Of a DNA stretch of 63,864 nt, positions 25,733-35,950 are shown piece after piece. Origin of the DNA: Eubacteriales bacterium (lineage in GTDB: Bacteria > Bacillota > Clostridia > Oscillospirales > CAG-272); the NCBI GenBank assembly GCA_045604985.1, contig JAZUPD010000017.1, positions 1-63,864 of the forward strand, written 5' to 3'. The notes under the pieces were generated by a model. That model saw nothing but the letters and a program-made list of their open reading frames with translations. It ran no database searches and was not told where the DNA came from. Both the position numbers and the translations under genes were made by a program. Numbering within the stretch: the first letter of the stretch is position 1; each line of letters begins with the position of its first letter.

Positions 25733-26500
25733 TTACGATTCAAACGAAGAATCTATTGAAAGTGAAACAAGAGCACTTTCATCGAAGTATTCAAGGGGAT
25801 CGGCCGCTTTTCCGGCGACCGTCATCTCAAAATGAAGATGGGGTTCCTCTGCTACCTCGATCATTGCTGTGTTTCCCACCGAGGCTATAAGTTGTCCCGC
25901 ACTTACCTTTGATCCTTCTTCTACGCCCTCGACATTGTTTTCCGAGAGGTTTTTATAGACGGTATAGCATTCTCCGCTGTGGCTTATTGCTATGCAGCTT
26001 CCCATCAGAGGATCATTCCATATCTGTGAGATCGTGCCGTCAGCTGCCGCATAAACGGGAGCCCCCTCGCTCGTTACGATGTCGATTCCGTTATGGACTC
26101 TGTAATCCTTCATAGTTGCAGAATAGACCTGAAGGCTTGTGTCATGCTTTTTTGAGAGTATTCCGGTTGCGGGAAGAATGAATTTAGAAGGGATTGATGC
26201 GACTTCCTTTACTTCATCCTCTTTTGAAGCTTCTTTTTCGCTTTCCTTTTTTTCTGTTACTGTTTCCGTTTGCTCCTTTTGGCGGTCGGTTGTGGCGGGA
26301 GCGGTTTTTTCTTCAGTTTCCAGCTCGGTCTCCATCACCGTGTCGCTTCCTTTGGGAACTGACGGCGTTTTTTCCCGTCTGTTTGCCGCCGTCGTTATTG
26401 CGATCACTACTGAAATTGCCAGAAGAAGCGTTACCGTAACGATATAAAGGACTTTGTTGATTTTTCCGTTGTTTTCGTTTGGTTGTTGATTCATGTTCAT
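25733..26500 (-). CDS. M23 family metallopeptidase with an N-terminal membrane anchor
   Basis: HNGIDI...AAADG...PHLHFEM are LytM-domain motifs. A TM helix and an acidic linker lie at the N-terminus. Confidence 0.85.
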   Translation of the reverse strand: MNMNQQPNENNGKINKVLYIVTVTLLLAISVVIAITTAANRREKTPSVPKGSDTVMETELETEEKTAPATTDRQKEQTETVTEKKESEKEASKEDEVKEVASIPSKFILPATGILSKKHDTSLQVYSATMKDYRVHNGIDIVTSEGAPVYAAADGTISQIWNDPLMGSCIAISHSGECYTVYKNLSENNVEGVEEGSKVSAGQLIASVGNTAMIEVAEEPHLHFEMTVAGKAADPLEYFDESALVSLSIDSSFES

Positions 26501-26748
26501 GTCTCCTTTTTCTTTTGTTTCTATTATTTTGTTCTGCTTTTAGGGGTTTTATGCGATGAAATATTATAGGACCGATTTTAAAGTAAATAATCACTCGGCG
26601 GCTAAACAATGTTTCTAATTTGTAAAAAAACGGTTAAAATATAGAAAATTTGTTTCAATTTTGTAACAAGTCTTGATTTTGAAGCGTTTTTAAGATAGAA
26701 TAACATAGAAAAAATGGTACGAAATTGAAGAAAAATTTCGGTTAACTA

Positions 26749-26777
26749 TTGACAACTCATGTATTGTTTGGTATAAT
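26749..26777 (+). promoter_or_regulatory. Consensus sigma-A promoter of the cohesin-SLH genes
   Basis: TTGACA (26749-26754), a 17-nt spacer, and TATAAT (26772-26777) with an upstream TG. Confidence 0.7.
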
Positions 26778-26885
26778 TATTTATAATATGCGACGGGTAG
26801 GGCTAATTTTGCCTTTTTGGGGGAAATTAAGCTGTCAAATACGTAAGATGTGCCGCGTTGTATACTTTTGTTTGGAGGTTCTAGG

Positions 26886-28016
26886 ATGAAAAAAACAAAA
26901 TTATCAATCAGAGCGTTGTGTGCTTTGTTTGCGCTTCTGATGTGCGTTTCGTGCTTTACCATCTTCCCCGTAGCGGCAGATAATCCTATTATCAAAGTCA
27001 ATGCCGGCGAAGGAAAAGCGGGCGAGACCGTAACTGTTACCGTCAGTATGGCGGGAAATCCCGGTATTGCCAGCATGAAGGTTCTCGTTGGATATGATAG
27101 TGACATTCTTACACCCGTTTCTGCAGGCGCAGGATCTGCTCTTGCGGGAAGTGCTGTAACTTCTAATTTTGGTGCGCCCGAATTCGACCCTGACGAAGGA
27201 ATTCTTTCATTCCTTTTTATTCGAGCTTCGAACACTAAAAGCAATGGTTCTTTCTTTACGATGACATTTAAAGTAAAAGCGGGAACAGATGCTACCGCTG
27301 CACCAATTACTCTTGATTGTTCCGAGGCTACTAACCAGACCTTCGATGATATTTCGGTTACTGCTGTAGGCGGTTCCGTTGCCATCACTCCCGATGAGGA
27401 GGAGAAAGAGCAGGAAAAAGAAGAAGAAAAGAAGGACGTTTCCATTAAGCTCAGAACAAAGGCTCACAAGATCAAGTACATGGTGGGAAGAAGCAGCAGC
27501 AAGTTTGAACCCGATGCTTATGCAACGAGATATGAGGTTGTTGAGTGTTTCTATAATCTCTTTGATGTTGATGTTATGGTCAACAATTCCAAGTCCTTTA
27601 AAGATGTTTCTCCCAAATATAACGCAATGGTAAATCTTTTTGCCTCTGCAGGAGTTGTAAAGGGATATGACGACGGTAAATTTAAGGGCGACAACACTAT
27701 TACCCGTGCAGAATTTTGTGTTCTTATAGTAAATTTGATGGGACTCGACATAAGCAAGGCGAAGGATCAAGGGTTCCCCGATGTTAAGGGCAAAAATTGG
27801 TATGTTTCTTATGTAAATGCCGTTGCAAAGGCCGGCTATGTTAAAGGAAGAGATACCGGAATGTTTGACCCCAACGGACTTATTACGAGAGCCGAGGTCG
27901 CAACACTTATCAACCGTATCACCGGAGTTGACATTAATGCTGCAACAACTTGTATCTATGGAGACGTAAGCCCCAACAAGTGGTATTTCAAGCAGGTGGC
28001 AGCTGCTGCTAAATAA
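26886..28016 (+). CDS. Cohesin domain plus triple SLH domain cell-surface protein
   Basis: A signal peptide is followed by a cohesin-like beta-sandwich (IIKVNAGEGKAGETVTVTVSMAGNPGIASMKVLVGYDSDIL...FKVKAG). An acidic linker follows, then three SLH-like repeats (F.DV....WY...V......G...G). The start was refined to ATG 26886. Confidence 0.75.
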   Translation: MKKTKLSIRALCALFALLMCVSCFTIFPVAADNPIIKVNAGEGKAGETVTVTVSMAGNPGIASMKVLVGYDSDILTPVSAGAGSALAGSAVTSNFGAPEFDPDEGILSFLFIRASNTKSNGSFFTMTFKVKAGTDATAAPITLDCSEATNQTFDDISVTAVGGSVAITPDEEEKEQEKEEEKKDVSIKLRTKAHKIKYMVGRSSSKFEPDAYATRYEVVECFYNLFDVDVMVNNSKSFKDVSPKYNAMVNLFASAGVVKGYDDGKFKGDNTITRAEFCVLIVNLMGLDISKAKDQGFPDVKGKNWYVSYVNAVAKAGYVKGRDTGMFDPNGLITRAEVATLINRITGVDINAATTCIYGDVSPNKWYFKQVAAAAK

Positions 28017-28101
28017 TAATGAAGGTTTCTTTTGAAACTCGATGAGTTCCTCTCATCTTTATATATAAAAATAATCTATATTTCCACAAAGGAGAAAAAC
28101 A

Positions 28102-30243
28102 ATGAAAAAGAGAATTTTAAGTGTCCTTCTGGCTGCACTTATGGTTGTTGGCTCTGTTGGTACGTTTGCTATCGGAACAGCAGCTTACGAGGATTTCACA
28201 ATTGCAGCAGAGACTACCAAAAATGCTAACGATACATATGATGTTGATATCATGATGTATAATAATCCTAGAATCTCCAGTCTTGACCTTTCTGTTGTTT
28301 TTGACAATAGCAAGGTTCAGTTGGTAGATTATGAAGGCTATGACCCCGATAACTATATGTTTTCCCCCACAGGTTGCTTGGAAGTTACCTCAAAGCTTGG
28401 AGAGGGAACCAATGCACTCGAGGATTTTGGTGAGGATATGCCTATTACTCTCATCTATGCTAGAGATGGTGTTACCGATGTAAACGGCAAGCTCCTTGGA
28501 CTTACCTTTAAGCTTGTTAACGGCGCAAAAAATGCTGAGATAAAGATCGTTGTTAATAATCCTTGTGTTCAGCAGCCTATTTTGAGTGTACCTCCTGTAG
28601 AAATTACTCCCGATACAGTCGACGGCTTTGTAGGTGTTCGTACTCTTGATGATGTTACACTTGACGACAAGACTGTAACTTACGACGGAAATGTTCAGTA
28701 CCTTGAGCTCAATGGTGTTGACAGCACGATGGATGTTAAGTGGACAAACAACGGCAAGGTTGATTCAGGTGTATATGAGGTGACTGCTGTCGTTTCTAAG
28801 CCCGGCTATGAGACTAAGGAATTTACAGCAACTCTTACAATCAACAAGGCAAATGCTACTCTTGTTGGCGTTGAGCTTTGGTCCGCAGTAGAGGGTAGCG
28901 AGGATGTCGCTATCAAGTCTTATGAAAACGCAGTTGCTTCCGCTCTCGGAAGAGCTTTTCCTCTAAACTTCAACAATCCCAAGGTTGTTAAAGAAGGCGA
29001 CGTTTACAAGATGGAAGGTGTAACTGTTGCAAACTTTAACCTTATCCTTGATACAACTGTTGCGGTTAACTTAGTTCCCGCTGCTGATCTCGCAGCAAGA
29101 ATCGTTGCTGAGGCAGATGTGGCAAATGATGCAGGCAGCGCAGATGTAGTTTCGCCCGTAGTATCTAAGCTCCCCAATCTTGATGTTGAGCTTCCCTACG
29201 GTTACGAGCTTAAGTTCACACCTGTTGACGGTGTTATTGATGCTGACGGTACGATCACAAGACCCGAAGATGATCATATTGTTGTTCCCGTTGAGTACAA
29301 GCTTTTCGACGCTGCCGGAAACGACACAGGTGCTTCTGTAACTGTATATGTTCAGATCCTTAAGAAGTCTTCCGACGAGAGTACTCTCGCAATGCTTCTC
29401 CTTTACTATAATAATAAGCTTGAGGCTGCTAAGCAGCAGGTTTCTTCCGTTACTTCCGATGTAAACGGCGGAGTAGTTGAGGCAGGTACTAAGGTAACTC
29501 TTTCTACATCTACCGCAGGTGCAAAGATTCACTATACGACCGACGGTACGACAGCAACAGTTCTTTCTCCCGTATACACAGCTCCTATTGAGGTCAACGG
29601 AACAGTTGTCATCAATGCTATTGCTACAAAGAGCGGTATGAAGACAAGCAATCAGGCTTCCTTCTCATATACAGTATCTGAGACAAACATTGCTCTCAAG
29701 GATGACGCAGCAAATATCAAGTATCTTGAAGGCCGCGGCGATAAGTTTGAGCCCACAGCAAATGCTACAAGATATGAGGTAATCAAGGCTATTTCTAACC
29801 TCTTCGATATCAATACGACTAATGCTCCTCTTGCTCTCACAGATGTTGATGATGAGTACAAGGCACTTGTTGATTTGTGCACAGCTGCAGGCATCATCAA
29901 GGGTTATGAAGACAAGACCTTCAGAGGTAATGATACTATCACTCGTGCAGAGGTTGCTACTATGATCTGCAATGTTATGAAGCTTGATGTTGCAGGCGCA
30001 GAGGATGCAGGCTTTAAGGATGTTAGCGGCTGGGCTACTAACTATGTAAACGCTTGCGCTAATGCCGGTTATGTTCAGGGTAAGGGCGACGGTGAGTTTG
30101 CTCCTTCCGAAAACATCACTCGTGCAGAGCTTGCTACTCTCTTCAACAACATCACAGGAGCTGAGGCAGGTACCAGCTGCTCTTATGCTGATGTTGATGC
30201 TGATGCTTGGTACTTTGGATACGTTGCAGCAGCTGCAAAGTAA
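28102..30243 (+). CDS. Large surface protein with an N-terminal cohesin-like domain, Ig-like or chitobiase-C-type middle domains and a C-terminal triple SLH
   Basis: A signal peptide is followed by the cohesin-like DVDIMMYNNPRISSLDLSVVFDNSKVQL...FKLVNG. The middle contains GAKIHYTTDGTTAT..SPVYTAPI. The C-terminal SLH block is paralogous to that of 26886..28016, and both proteins end WYF..VAAAAK. Confidence 0.7.
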   Translation: MKKRILSVLLAALMVVGSVGTFAIGTAAYEDFTIAAETTKNANDTYDVDIMMYNNPRISSLDLSVVFDNSKVQLVDYEGYDPDNYMFSPTGCLEVTSKLGEGTNALEDFGEDMPITLIYARDGVTDVNGKLLGLTFKLVNGAKNAEIKIVVNNPCVQQPILSVPPVEITPDTVDGFVGVRTLDDVTLDDKTVTYDGNVQYLELNGVDSTMDVKWTNNGKVDSGVYEVTAVVSKPGYETKEFTATLTINKANATLVGVELWSAVEGSEDVAIKSYENAVASALGRAFPLNFNNPKVVKEGDVYKMEGVTVANFNLILDTTVAVNLVPAADLAARIVAEADVANDAGSADVVSPVVSKLPNLDVELPYGYELKFTPVDGVIDADGTITRPEDDHIVVPVEYKLFDAAGNDTGASVTVYVQILKKSSDESTLAMLLLYYNNKLEAAKQQVSSVTSDVNGGVVEAGTKVTLSTSTAGAKIHYTTDGTTATVLSPVYTAPIEVNGTVVINAIATKSGMKTSNQASFSYTVSETNIALKDDAANIKYLEGRGDKFEPTANATRYEVIKAISNLFDINTTNAPLALTDVDDEYKALVDLCTAAGIIKGYEDKTFRGNDTITRAEVATMICNVMKLDVAGAEDAGFKDVSGWATNYVNACANAGYVQGKGDGEFAPSENITRAELATLFNNITGAEAGTSCSYADVDADAWYFGYVAAAAK

Positions 30244-30264
30244 TCAATAAAAACAAAGCAATTT

Positions 30265-30292
30265 AAGGGCTGTCGCATATGCGACAGCCCTT
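30265..30292 (+). terminator. Intrinsic terminator after the cohesin-SLH genes
   Basis: AAGGGCTGTCGC-ATAT-GCGACAGCCCTT followed by TTCTG. Confidence 0.7.
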
Positions 30293-30326
30293 TTCTGCTT
30301 ATTGTTAACGATTCAATTTCATATTT

Positions 30327-30370
30327 CAAAAAATGGAGTGATCAGCCTGCCTTGCGGTGAATCACTCCAT
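30327..30370 (-). terminator. Intrinsic terminator after pheT
   Basis: On the minus strand: ATGGAGTGAT...ATCACTCCAT followed by TTTTTT. Confidence 0.7.
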
Positions 30371-30381
30371 AATTTTTTTAT

Positions 30382-32799
30382 TTATCTTATCTCGATCTGC
30401 ATTGTATAAGCCAGCTTACGGAGAATTTTATTAACATATCCGTCAATTTCCTCGCTTGTAAACTCATGATCGTCGGGGGTAAAGGTCAGGCTAAATGCCA
30501 TGCTCTTTTTGCCTTCTCCGATCTGCTGACTGCGGTAAACATCAAAAAGATTTACGCTTGTGATATACTTGCAGGATGATCTTATAGCGTCCTCAACAAC
30601 TCCGCAGGTGATTTCCTCATTCATAACAAGAGCAAGGTCACGCTTTTCCGCAGCAAATTTTGAGATAGGCTTATAAACAATATTGCCATTGAACTTTTCA
30701 GCTATCTTTTCGTAGTCAAGCTGTGCTACAAAGACAGGCTTTTCGATTGCAAGATCCTCGCAAACATCGTAAGCAAGCTTGCCCATAAATCCGACAATTT
30801 CGCCGTCAAGAAGGATATTTGAGGTCATTCCGGGATGTAGATACTGAACAGAAGCCTTTTCATATTTAAACTCAACGCCAAATTCCTTTGCAAGAGACTC
30901 CGTTGCACCCTTGAAGGTGAAGAAGGTTTCGCCATCTCCAAATGCGCCGACCGAAAGCATCTTGTGCTCTCTCGGATAATTGATCAGAGGCAACTTGTCT
31001 GCCTCGAAAATATTTGCGATTTCAAAGAATCTGCCCTCCGTGTTTCCTCGGCGAAGGTTTCTGACAGCGGCATTGACCATTGAGGGAACGAGAGTGGTTC
31101 TCATAAGCGAAAGATCCTCGCTTATTGGATTGAGAAGTCTGATTGCGTGTCTTTCCTTTGCATCCTCGGGGAATTTCAGCATATCAAGATCCTTAGGAGA
31201 GAAGAAGGAATAGAACATTGATTCGCTATAACCCTCATAGCAGAGGGTCTTCTTAACGCGGTTGACCGTTTTCTGCGCTGTATTGAGACCGCCGCATGTC
31301 ACGCTTGCTCTCTTAAGGAACGTGGGAACGATATTGTCATATCCGTAGGAACGGATGACTTCTTCGGCGATATCCTGAACATGTCCCTCGATGTCGTCAC
31401 GGTAAGGGGGGATCATGAGACTCAGCGCATCGCCGTTTATCTTAGGCTCGAAGCCAAGTGCATCAAGATGGCGGATAATCTCGGCATCAGGAACTGTGAT
31501 TCCGAGTACGGAATTCATCTTTTTGAGGCTGACTGTGAGAGGTGTTGGGGCAATTTCGCCGCTTACGCTTCTTTCAATGTGAACGGCGGATACCTTTCCG
31601 CAACCAAGCTTTTCCACGAGGTGAAGCGCACGCTTCATGCCGCACTGTGTTGAGTATTCGTCAACGCCCTTTTCAAAGCGGGAGCTTGAATCCGAACTCT
31701 GACCGAGTGCTCTTGAGGTCTTTCTAACATTGTCACGGGCAAATTTAGCTGCTTCGAAGATAACGTCCTTTGTGGTGTCCTTGATCTCGGAATTGAGACC
31801 GCCCATAATACCCGCAAGGGCAACAGGACGGTTGCCATCGCAGATGATAAGGTTGTTTTCATTAAGCTCAAATTCTTTTTCGTCAAGGGTAACTATTTTT
31901 TCGCCGTTTTCTGCACATCTTACCACGATCTCGTTGTTCTGAAGGTCGGCAAGATCAAATGCGTGCATTGGCTGACCAAATTCTTTGAGTACATAGTTTG
32001 TTATATCAACGATATTTGAGATGGAATTGATTCCTACCATGCTGAGTCTGCGGCGCATCCAAGCGGGAGACTTTTCGATCTTGATATCCGAAACATAATG
32101 ACCGATATATCTGGGGCAGAGGTCGGGAGCTTTAACGGTAACATCAAAATCAAGGTCTTTGCCATTGGTAGTGTATTCGAGTGCGGGCATCTTGAAGGGC
32201 TTTTTGAGAACAGCCGCAACTTCACGTGCGATACCGATAATGCTCTGACAGTCGGGACGGTTTGCGGTGATGGCAATATCGAAAATATAATCGTCAAGCC
32301 CAACGATGCCCTTGACGTCAGCACCGAGAGGTGCGTCATTGGGGAGAACGAGCAGACCGCAATATCCGCCTCCCTCGTACATATCCTCGTTTACGCCGAT
32401 TTCAACACCGGAGCAGAGCATACCCTCAGAATCAACGTTGCGGAGCTTGCCCTTTTTGATGGTCATAACACCTTCGACCGTAACATGATCCTTTGCTGTG
32501 GCATAAACTGTTGCGCCAACCAGTGCCACGGGGTATCTGCCGCCTGCCTTTACATTATCTGCTCCGCAGCAGATCTGGAAAGTACCCTTGTCTCCGCAAT
32601 CAACGGTGCATACGTGAATATGTGTGTCGGGAATAAGCTCACAGGTCTTGACTTCACCCACTACAACTCCCGAAATATCCTTGCCGAGCTCGATAAGCTC
32701 TTCAACCTCAAAGCCTGCCGAGAAAAGTAGTTTTTCAAGCTCCTTTGCAGGAACGTCAATGTCAACATAATCTTTAAGCCAACTAAGCGGTGCTAACAT
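30382..32799 (-). CDS. pheT: Phenylalanine--tRNA ligase beta subunit
   Basis: The ORF is 805 aa with an N-terminus MLAPLSWLKDYVDI typical of PheT. It lies downstream of pheS. Confidence 0.95.
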   Translation of the reverse strand: MLAPLSWLKDYVDIDVPAKELEKLLFSAGFEVEELIELGKDISGVVVGEVKTCELIPDTHIHVCTVDCGDKGTFQICCGADNVKAGGRYPVALVGATVYATAKDHVTVEGVMTIKKGKLRNVDSEGMLCSGVEIGVNEDMYEGGGYCGLLVLPNDAPLGADVKGIVGLDDYIFDIAITANRPDCQSIIGIAREVAAVLKKPFKMPALEYTTNGKDLDFDVTVKAPDLCPRYIGHYVSDIKIEKSPAWMRRRLSMVGINSISNIVDITNYVLKEFGQPMHAFDLADLQNNEIVVRCAENGEKIVTLDEKEFELNENNLIICDGNRPVALAGIMGGLNSEIKDTTKDVIFEAAKFARDNVRKTSRALGQSSDSSSRFEKGVDEYSTQCGMKRALHLVEKLGCGKVSAVHIERSVSGEIAPTPLTVSLKKMNSVLGITVPDAEIIRHLDALGFEPKINGDALSLMIPPYRDDIEGHVQDIAEEVIRSYGYDNIVPTFLKRASVTCGGLNTAQKTVNRVKKTLCYEGYSESMFYSFFSPKDLDMLKFPEDAKERHAIRLLNPISEDLSLMRTTLVPSMVNAAVRNLRRGNTEGRFFEIANIFEADKLPLINYPREHKMLSVGAFGDGETFFTFKGATESLAKEFGVEFKYEKASVQYLHPGMTSNILLDGEIVGFMGKLAYDVCEDLAIEKPVFVAQLDYEKIAEKFNGNIVYKPISKFAAEKRDLALVMNEEITCGVVEDAIRSSCKYITSVNLFDVYRSQQIGEGKKSMAFSLTFTPDDHEFTSEEIDGYVNKILRKLAYTMQIEIR

Positions 32800-32812
32800 T
32801 TCTTCTGCCTCC

Positions 32813-33841
32813 TCAGTTCTTAAATTGCTCTGCGAATCTTGTGTCGGATTCGAAGAGAGTTTTTATATTGTTAATGCCGTATTTCAGCATGGCGATTCTT
32901 TCAACGCCCATGCCGAAGGCAAAGCCCGAATATTCATCAGGGTCAATGCCGCAGTTTTCGAGAACATGACGGTTCACGATGCCTGCACCCAGGACCTCTA
33001 TCCATCCTGTACCCTTGCAGAGCTTGCATCCCTTGCCACCGCACTGGAAACAGCTTACATCGACCTCCACGGAAGGCTCTGTAAAGGGGAAATATGAGGG
33101 GCGCAGACGGGTTACAACACCCTCGCCGAAGATCTGAGCAGAGAATGTATCGAGCATACCCTTAAGGTCGCAGAGCGTTATGTCTTTATCTACCACGAGT
33201 CCCTCCATTTGGGAGAACATAGGAGAGTGAGTCGCATCATCGTCTGAGCGAAATACCTTTCCCGGGGAAAGGATCTTAATGGGAGGCTTTTTGTTCTCCA
33301 TAACATGAATCTGACCTGCGGAGGTCTGAGTGCGGAGCAAGAAATCCTTTGAAACATAGAATGTGTCCTGCATATCGCGTGCGGGGTGATCCTCCGGAGT
33401 GTTGAGGGCGGTGAAGTTATAATAATCGTTTTCGATCTCGTTGCCTTCAAACACCTCAAATCCCATTCCCGCAAAAATGTCGATAAGCTCGTTTACGATA
33501 AGTGTGTCTGGGTGGAGAGTTCCGACTTTTTTTGTGACTGCGGGCATTGTAACGTCGACCGCTTCAGCCTCATTTCTTTTCTGAAGCTCAATACTCTTCA
33601 TTTTTGCATCGGTCTCCTCAAAACGGGCGATCGCCCATTCCTTGATTTCATTTACGACCTTGCCAAAGGCAGGGCGGTCCTCCTTGGGAACGTCCTTCAT
33701 GCCCTTCATAAGCTGTGCTATCTTGCCTTCTTTATTATCGAGGAAGGTCTTTCTGAATTCGTAAAGAGCCTTTGAGGAATCGAAGGTGTCGATGCCTTTT
33801 TCGATCTCTTTGCGTATTTCGCGGATCTTTTCTTCCATCAT
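32813..33841 (-). CDS. pheS: Phenylalanine--tRNA ligase alpha subunit
   Basis: Class II aaRS motifs are present ([38 protein letters not shown]). The start was refined to MMEEK (ATG 33841). Confidence 0.95.
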   Translation of the reverse strand: MMEEKIREIRKEIEKGIDTFDSSKALYEFRKTFLDNKEGKIAQLMKGMKDVPKEDRPAFGKVVNEIKEWAIARFEETDAKMKSIELQKRNEAEAVDVTMPAVTKKVGTLHPDTLIVNELIDIFAGMGFEVFEGNEIENDYYNFTALNTPEDHPARDMQDTFYVSKDFLLRTQTSAGQIHVMENKKPPIKILSPGKVFRSDDDATHSPMFSQMEGLVVDKDITLCDLKGMLDTFSAQIFGEGVVTRLRPSYFPFTEPSVEVDVSCFQCGGKGCKLCKGTGWIEVLGAGIVNRHVLENCGIDPDEYSGFAFGMGVERIAMLKYGINNIKTLFESDTRFAEQFKN

Positions 33842-33870
33842 GGCTTTATATATCCTTTCTAATAATTTAT

Positions 33871-34133
33871 AAAAAATAAGCTCCGCCCATATTTCAGGAC
33901 GGAGCAATGCTTCGTGTTACCACCTGAATTTCCGTGCAAGCACGGACAACTCACTTCGTCTTTAACGGAACGATCCGAAGCGGACTACAAAAGCCGAAAA
34001 AGTCATTCTCACCCGCTCTGCTCCAAAGGGAAAAGCAATTTTTCAGCCACATCGGTCGATTTCAGCCTAGGTCGAACCGTCTCTGCTCTGTGCCATATGA
34101 AAAACGCCATCTTTTTCACAGCATTTAATATAT
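33871..34133 (-). promoter_or_regulatory. T-box leader (Phe by context) with terminator
   Basis: On the minus strand, the T-box sequence AATTCAGGTGGTAACACGAAG is followed by the terminator GCTCCGTCC...GGGCGGAGC and TTATTTTTT. AGAGA-type stem I elements lie upstream. The leader sits directly 5' of pheS. Confidence 0.85.
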
Positions 34134-34139
34134 CTGTAG

Positions 34140-34168
34140 TATTTTAACACATTTTTTTCCTTTTGTCA
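34140..34168 (-). promoter_or_regulatory. Sigma-A promoter of the pheST T-box leader
   Basis: On the minus strand: TTGACA (34168-34163), a 17-nt spacer, and TAAAAT (34145-34140). Confidence 0.7.
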
Positions 34169-34227
34169 AGGGGGAAAGTCATATAATATATCATAAGGCA
34201 TAGATATGGTTTTCACCTGATTGGTTC

Positions 34228-34713
34228 TTAAATATGAAATTTATTTTTCTTATGTTTTTTGTGAAGGTATATGATATAGACCACAAAAGAGCCAAAGACT
34301 CCGCCTGACGTATCCTTTACAACATCTATTGCCTCCGTTGCTCTGTCTGTCAGGGATTGAACGAGTTCATCGGTTATTCCAATTATAAAGCAGAGAAGAA
34401 CGACAAAAAGATAATATTTTATATGGCAAGAGCTTCGCAGAAGAATTATAAGCATCATGATTTCTGCGCCTAACAGGGCAAATTCAAAAAAATGAGCAAA
34501 CGAGCGTATATTTCCCTCTATACTTGAGGCAGAGATGATCTCTTTTTCGATGGCGATTTGTATCGGGGGTATTTTTTCTATGATCTGCGTAACGTTTTGA
34601 CTATCATTTGTGGATTGTTCAATGTTTTTCAGTGAATTTCCAAAAATAAAAATTAGAGTTGCGAGGATAAGAAATAAATTGATTATAATTGCGGTAATTC
34701 TCTTTTTTGACAT
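34228..34713 (-). CDS. VanZ family protein
   Basis: FAHFFEFALLG...DELVQSLTDRATEAIDVVKDTSGG is the VanZ-like pattern. Confidence 0.75.
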   Translation of the reverse strand: MSKKRITAIIINLFLILATLIFIFGNSLKNIEQSTNDSQNVTQIIEKIPPIQIAIEKEIISASSIEGNIRSFAHFFEFALLGAEIMMLIILLRSSCHIKYYLFVVLLCFIIGITDELVQSLTDRATEAIDVVKDTSGGVFGSFVVYIIYLHKKHKKNKFHI

Positions 34714-34737
34714 ATTTATCCTCCTTGTTTTCTGATT

Positions 34738-35319
34738 TTATCTGAGAAGTTTGTCTATTCGAAGCAGCTTTCTGTATTTCAAAAAGTATAATTTAATGAG
34801 AAGGGAAAGAGCGACGTCGTAAATTATAAATGTGAAATTTCCAAGAGCAAATAGCGAGATTATATATGACTTTGCCATATCCGTGACCGTGAAAAGGAAA
34901 AGTGACGCCCAGAGGATTATTGCCATCGAGATGTTAAAGAGAATAAGCTTGAAAAGCCACCGAATAAGGCGGTTATTAAGAAGCTCGATAAAAAATTTTG
35001 CCATGGGATAATAGCCCGCAAGAACGATATATATGATAGCACCGAATTTTTGAGGCAAAATAAGCAGAGAGGTCGCTCCCGTTACTGCATAGACCAGCCA
35101 AGGATAAACACCTCCGATCTCGGTAAGAGCCACTATGCAGAGCATTGAAGCTATGCATGCCATTGATATGTCCATGACCTCGATTATAGCACCCACATAG
35201 AGAAGAACAACTCCAAGGGCGCTGAAAAGAGCGCAAAAAGCAATTTTTTTACTCTTTTTTATATTCCTTTTTGGCAAAAAATCTTTCCGGTCGATCTTTA
35301 TGCAGACTTTTTTTTGCAA
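34738..35319 (-). CDS. Hypothetical polytopic membrane protein
   Basis: A 193-aa ORF with 5-6 hydrophobic segments. No family was recognised. Confidence 0.55.
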   Translation of the reverse strand: MQKKVCIKIDRKDFLPKRNIKKSKKIAFCALFSALGVVLLYVGAIIEVMDISMACIASMLCIVALTEIGGVYPWLVYAVTGATSLLILPQKFGAIIYIVLAGYYPMAKFFIELLNNRLIRWLFKLILFNISMAIILWASLFLFTVTDMAKSYIISLFALGNFTFIIYDVALSLLIKLYFLKYRKLLRIDKLLR

Positions 35320-35335
35320 GTCAATCTCACCTTCC

Positions 35336-35950
35336 TTAGCAGCAGCTTATAAGATCTCCGCCGCAACATTCGCAAAAACAATCGGCACAGAGCAGGGTTG
35401 AGCAAATATCGCATCCCGAGCATCCGCCGCCTGAATAGGGTGTGCCGTTCATGCTTCCGATATTTCCGAAACTTCGCATCCGCATTCTCATATTGGTGTA
35501 TTCCGCATTTGAGGGGTCCATCGTGCAAGCAGTGTCAAAATACCTCGATGCATCAATGCTGTTGCCCTTTTTTAGCTCTATGCAGCCCATGAGGAAATTC
35601 CATTCAGCACCTCTGTCATTTATATCGGTCTCAGACAAAAGCTGCTCTGCCTCGGAGAAATTGCCGGAATTTATAAGTACTCGCACTCTTGCAAATTTTG
35701 AAGAGCTTGTGCCGCCGCTTCCATAGCCTGAGTAGCTTCCTCTATGTGTGCCGCCACTCTCGCGTATCTTTTGTATTTCCTCGTAGGCGGCGTTGATCTC
35801 CTTCATTTTCTCTTCGGCAAGGGAGGCAAGGTCGCTGTCCTTATATTTGTCGGGGTGATATTTTCTTGCAAGCGCACGATATGCTTTTTTTATCTCATCG
35901 TCGCTCGCATCCGGTGAAACGCCGAGAGTCTTATATGGGTCTGTCATCAT
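35336..35950 (-). CDS. J-domain protein with a TPR-like middle region and a Cys-rich C-terminus
   Basis: [33 protein letters not shown] is a canonical J domain with HPD. The C-terminus reads [28 protein letters not shown]. Confidence 0.85.
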   Translation of the reverse strand: MMTDPYKTLGVSPDASDDEIKKAYRALARKYHPDKYKDSDLASLAEEKMKEINAAYEEIQKIRESGGTHRGSYSGYGSGGTSSSKFARVRVLINSGNFSEAEQLLSETDINDRGAEWNFLMGCIELKKGNSIDASRYFDTACTMDPSNAEYTNMRMRMRSFGNIGSMNGTPYSGGGCSGCDICSTLLCADCFCECCGGDLISCC

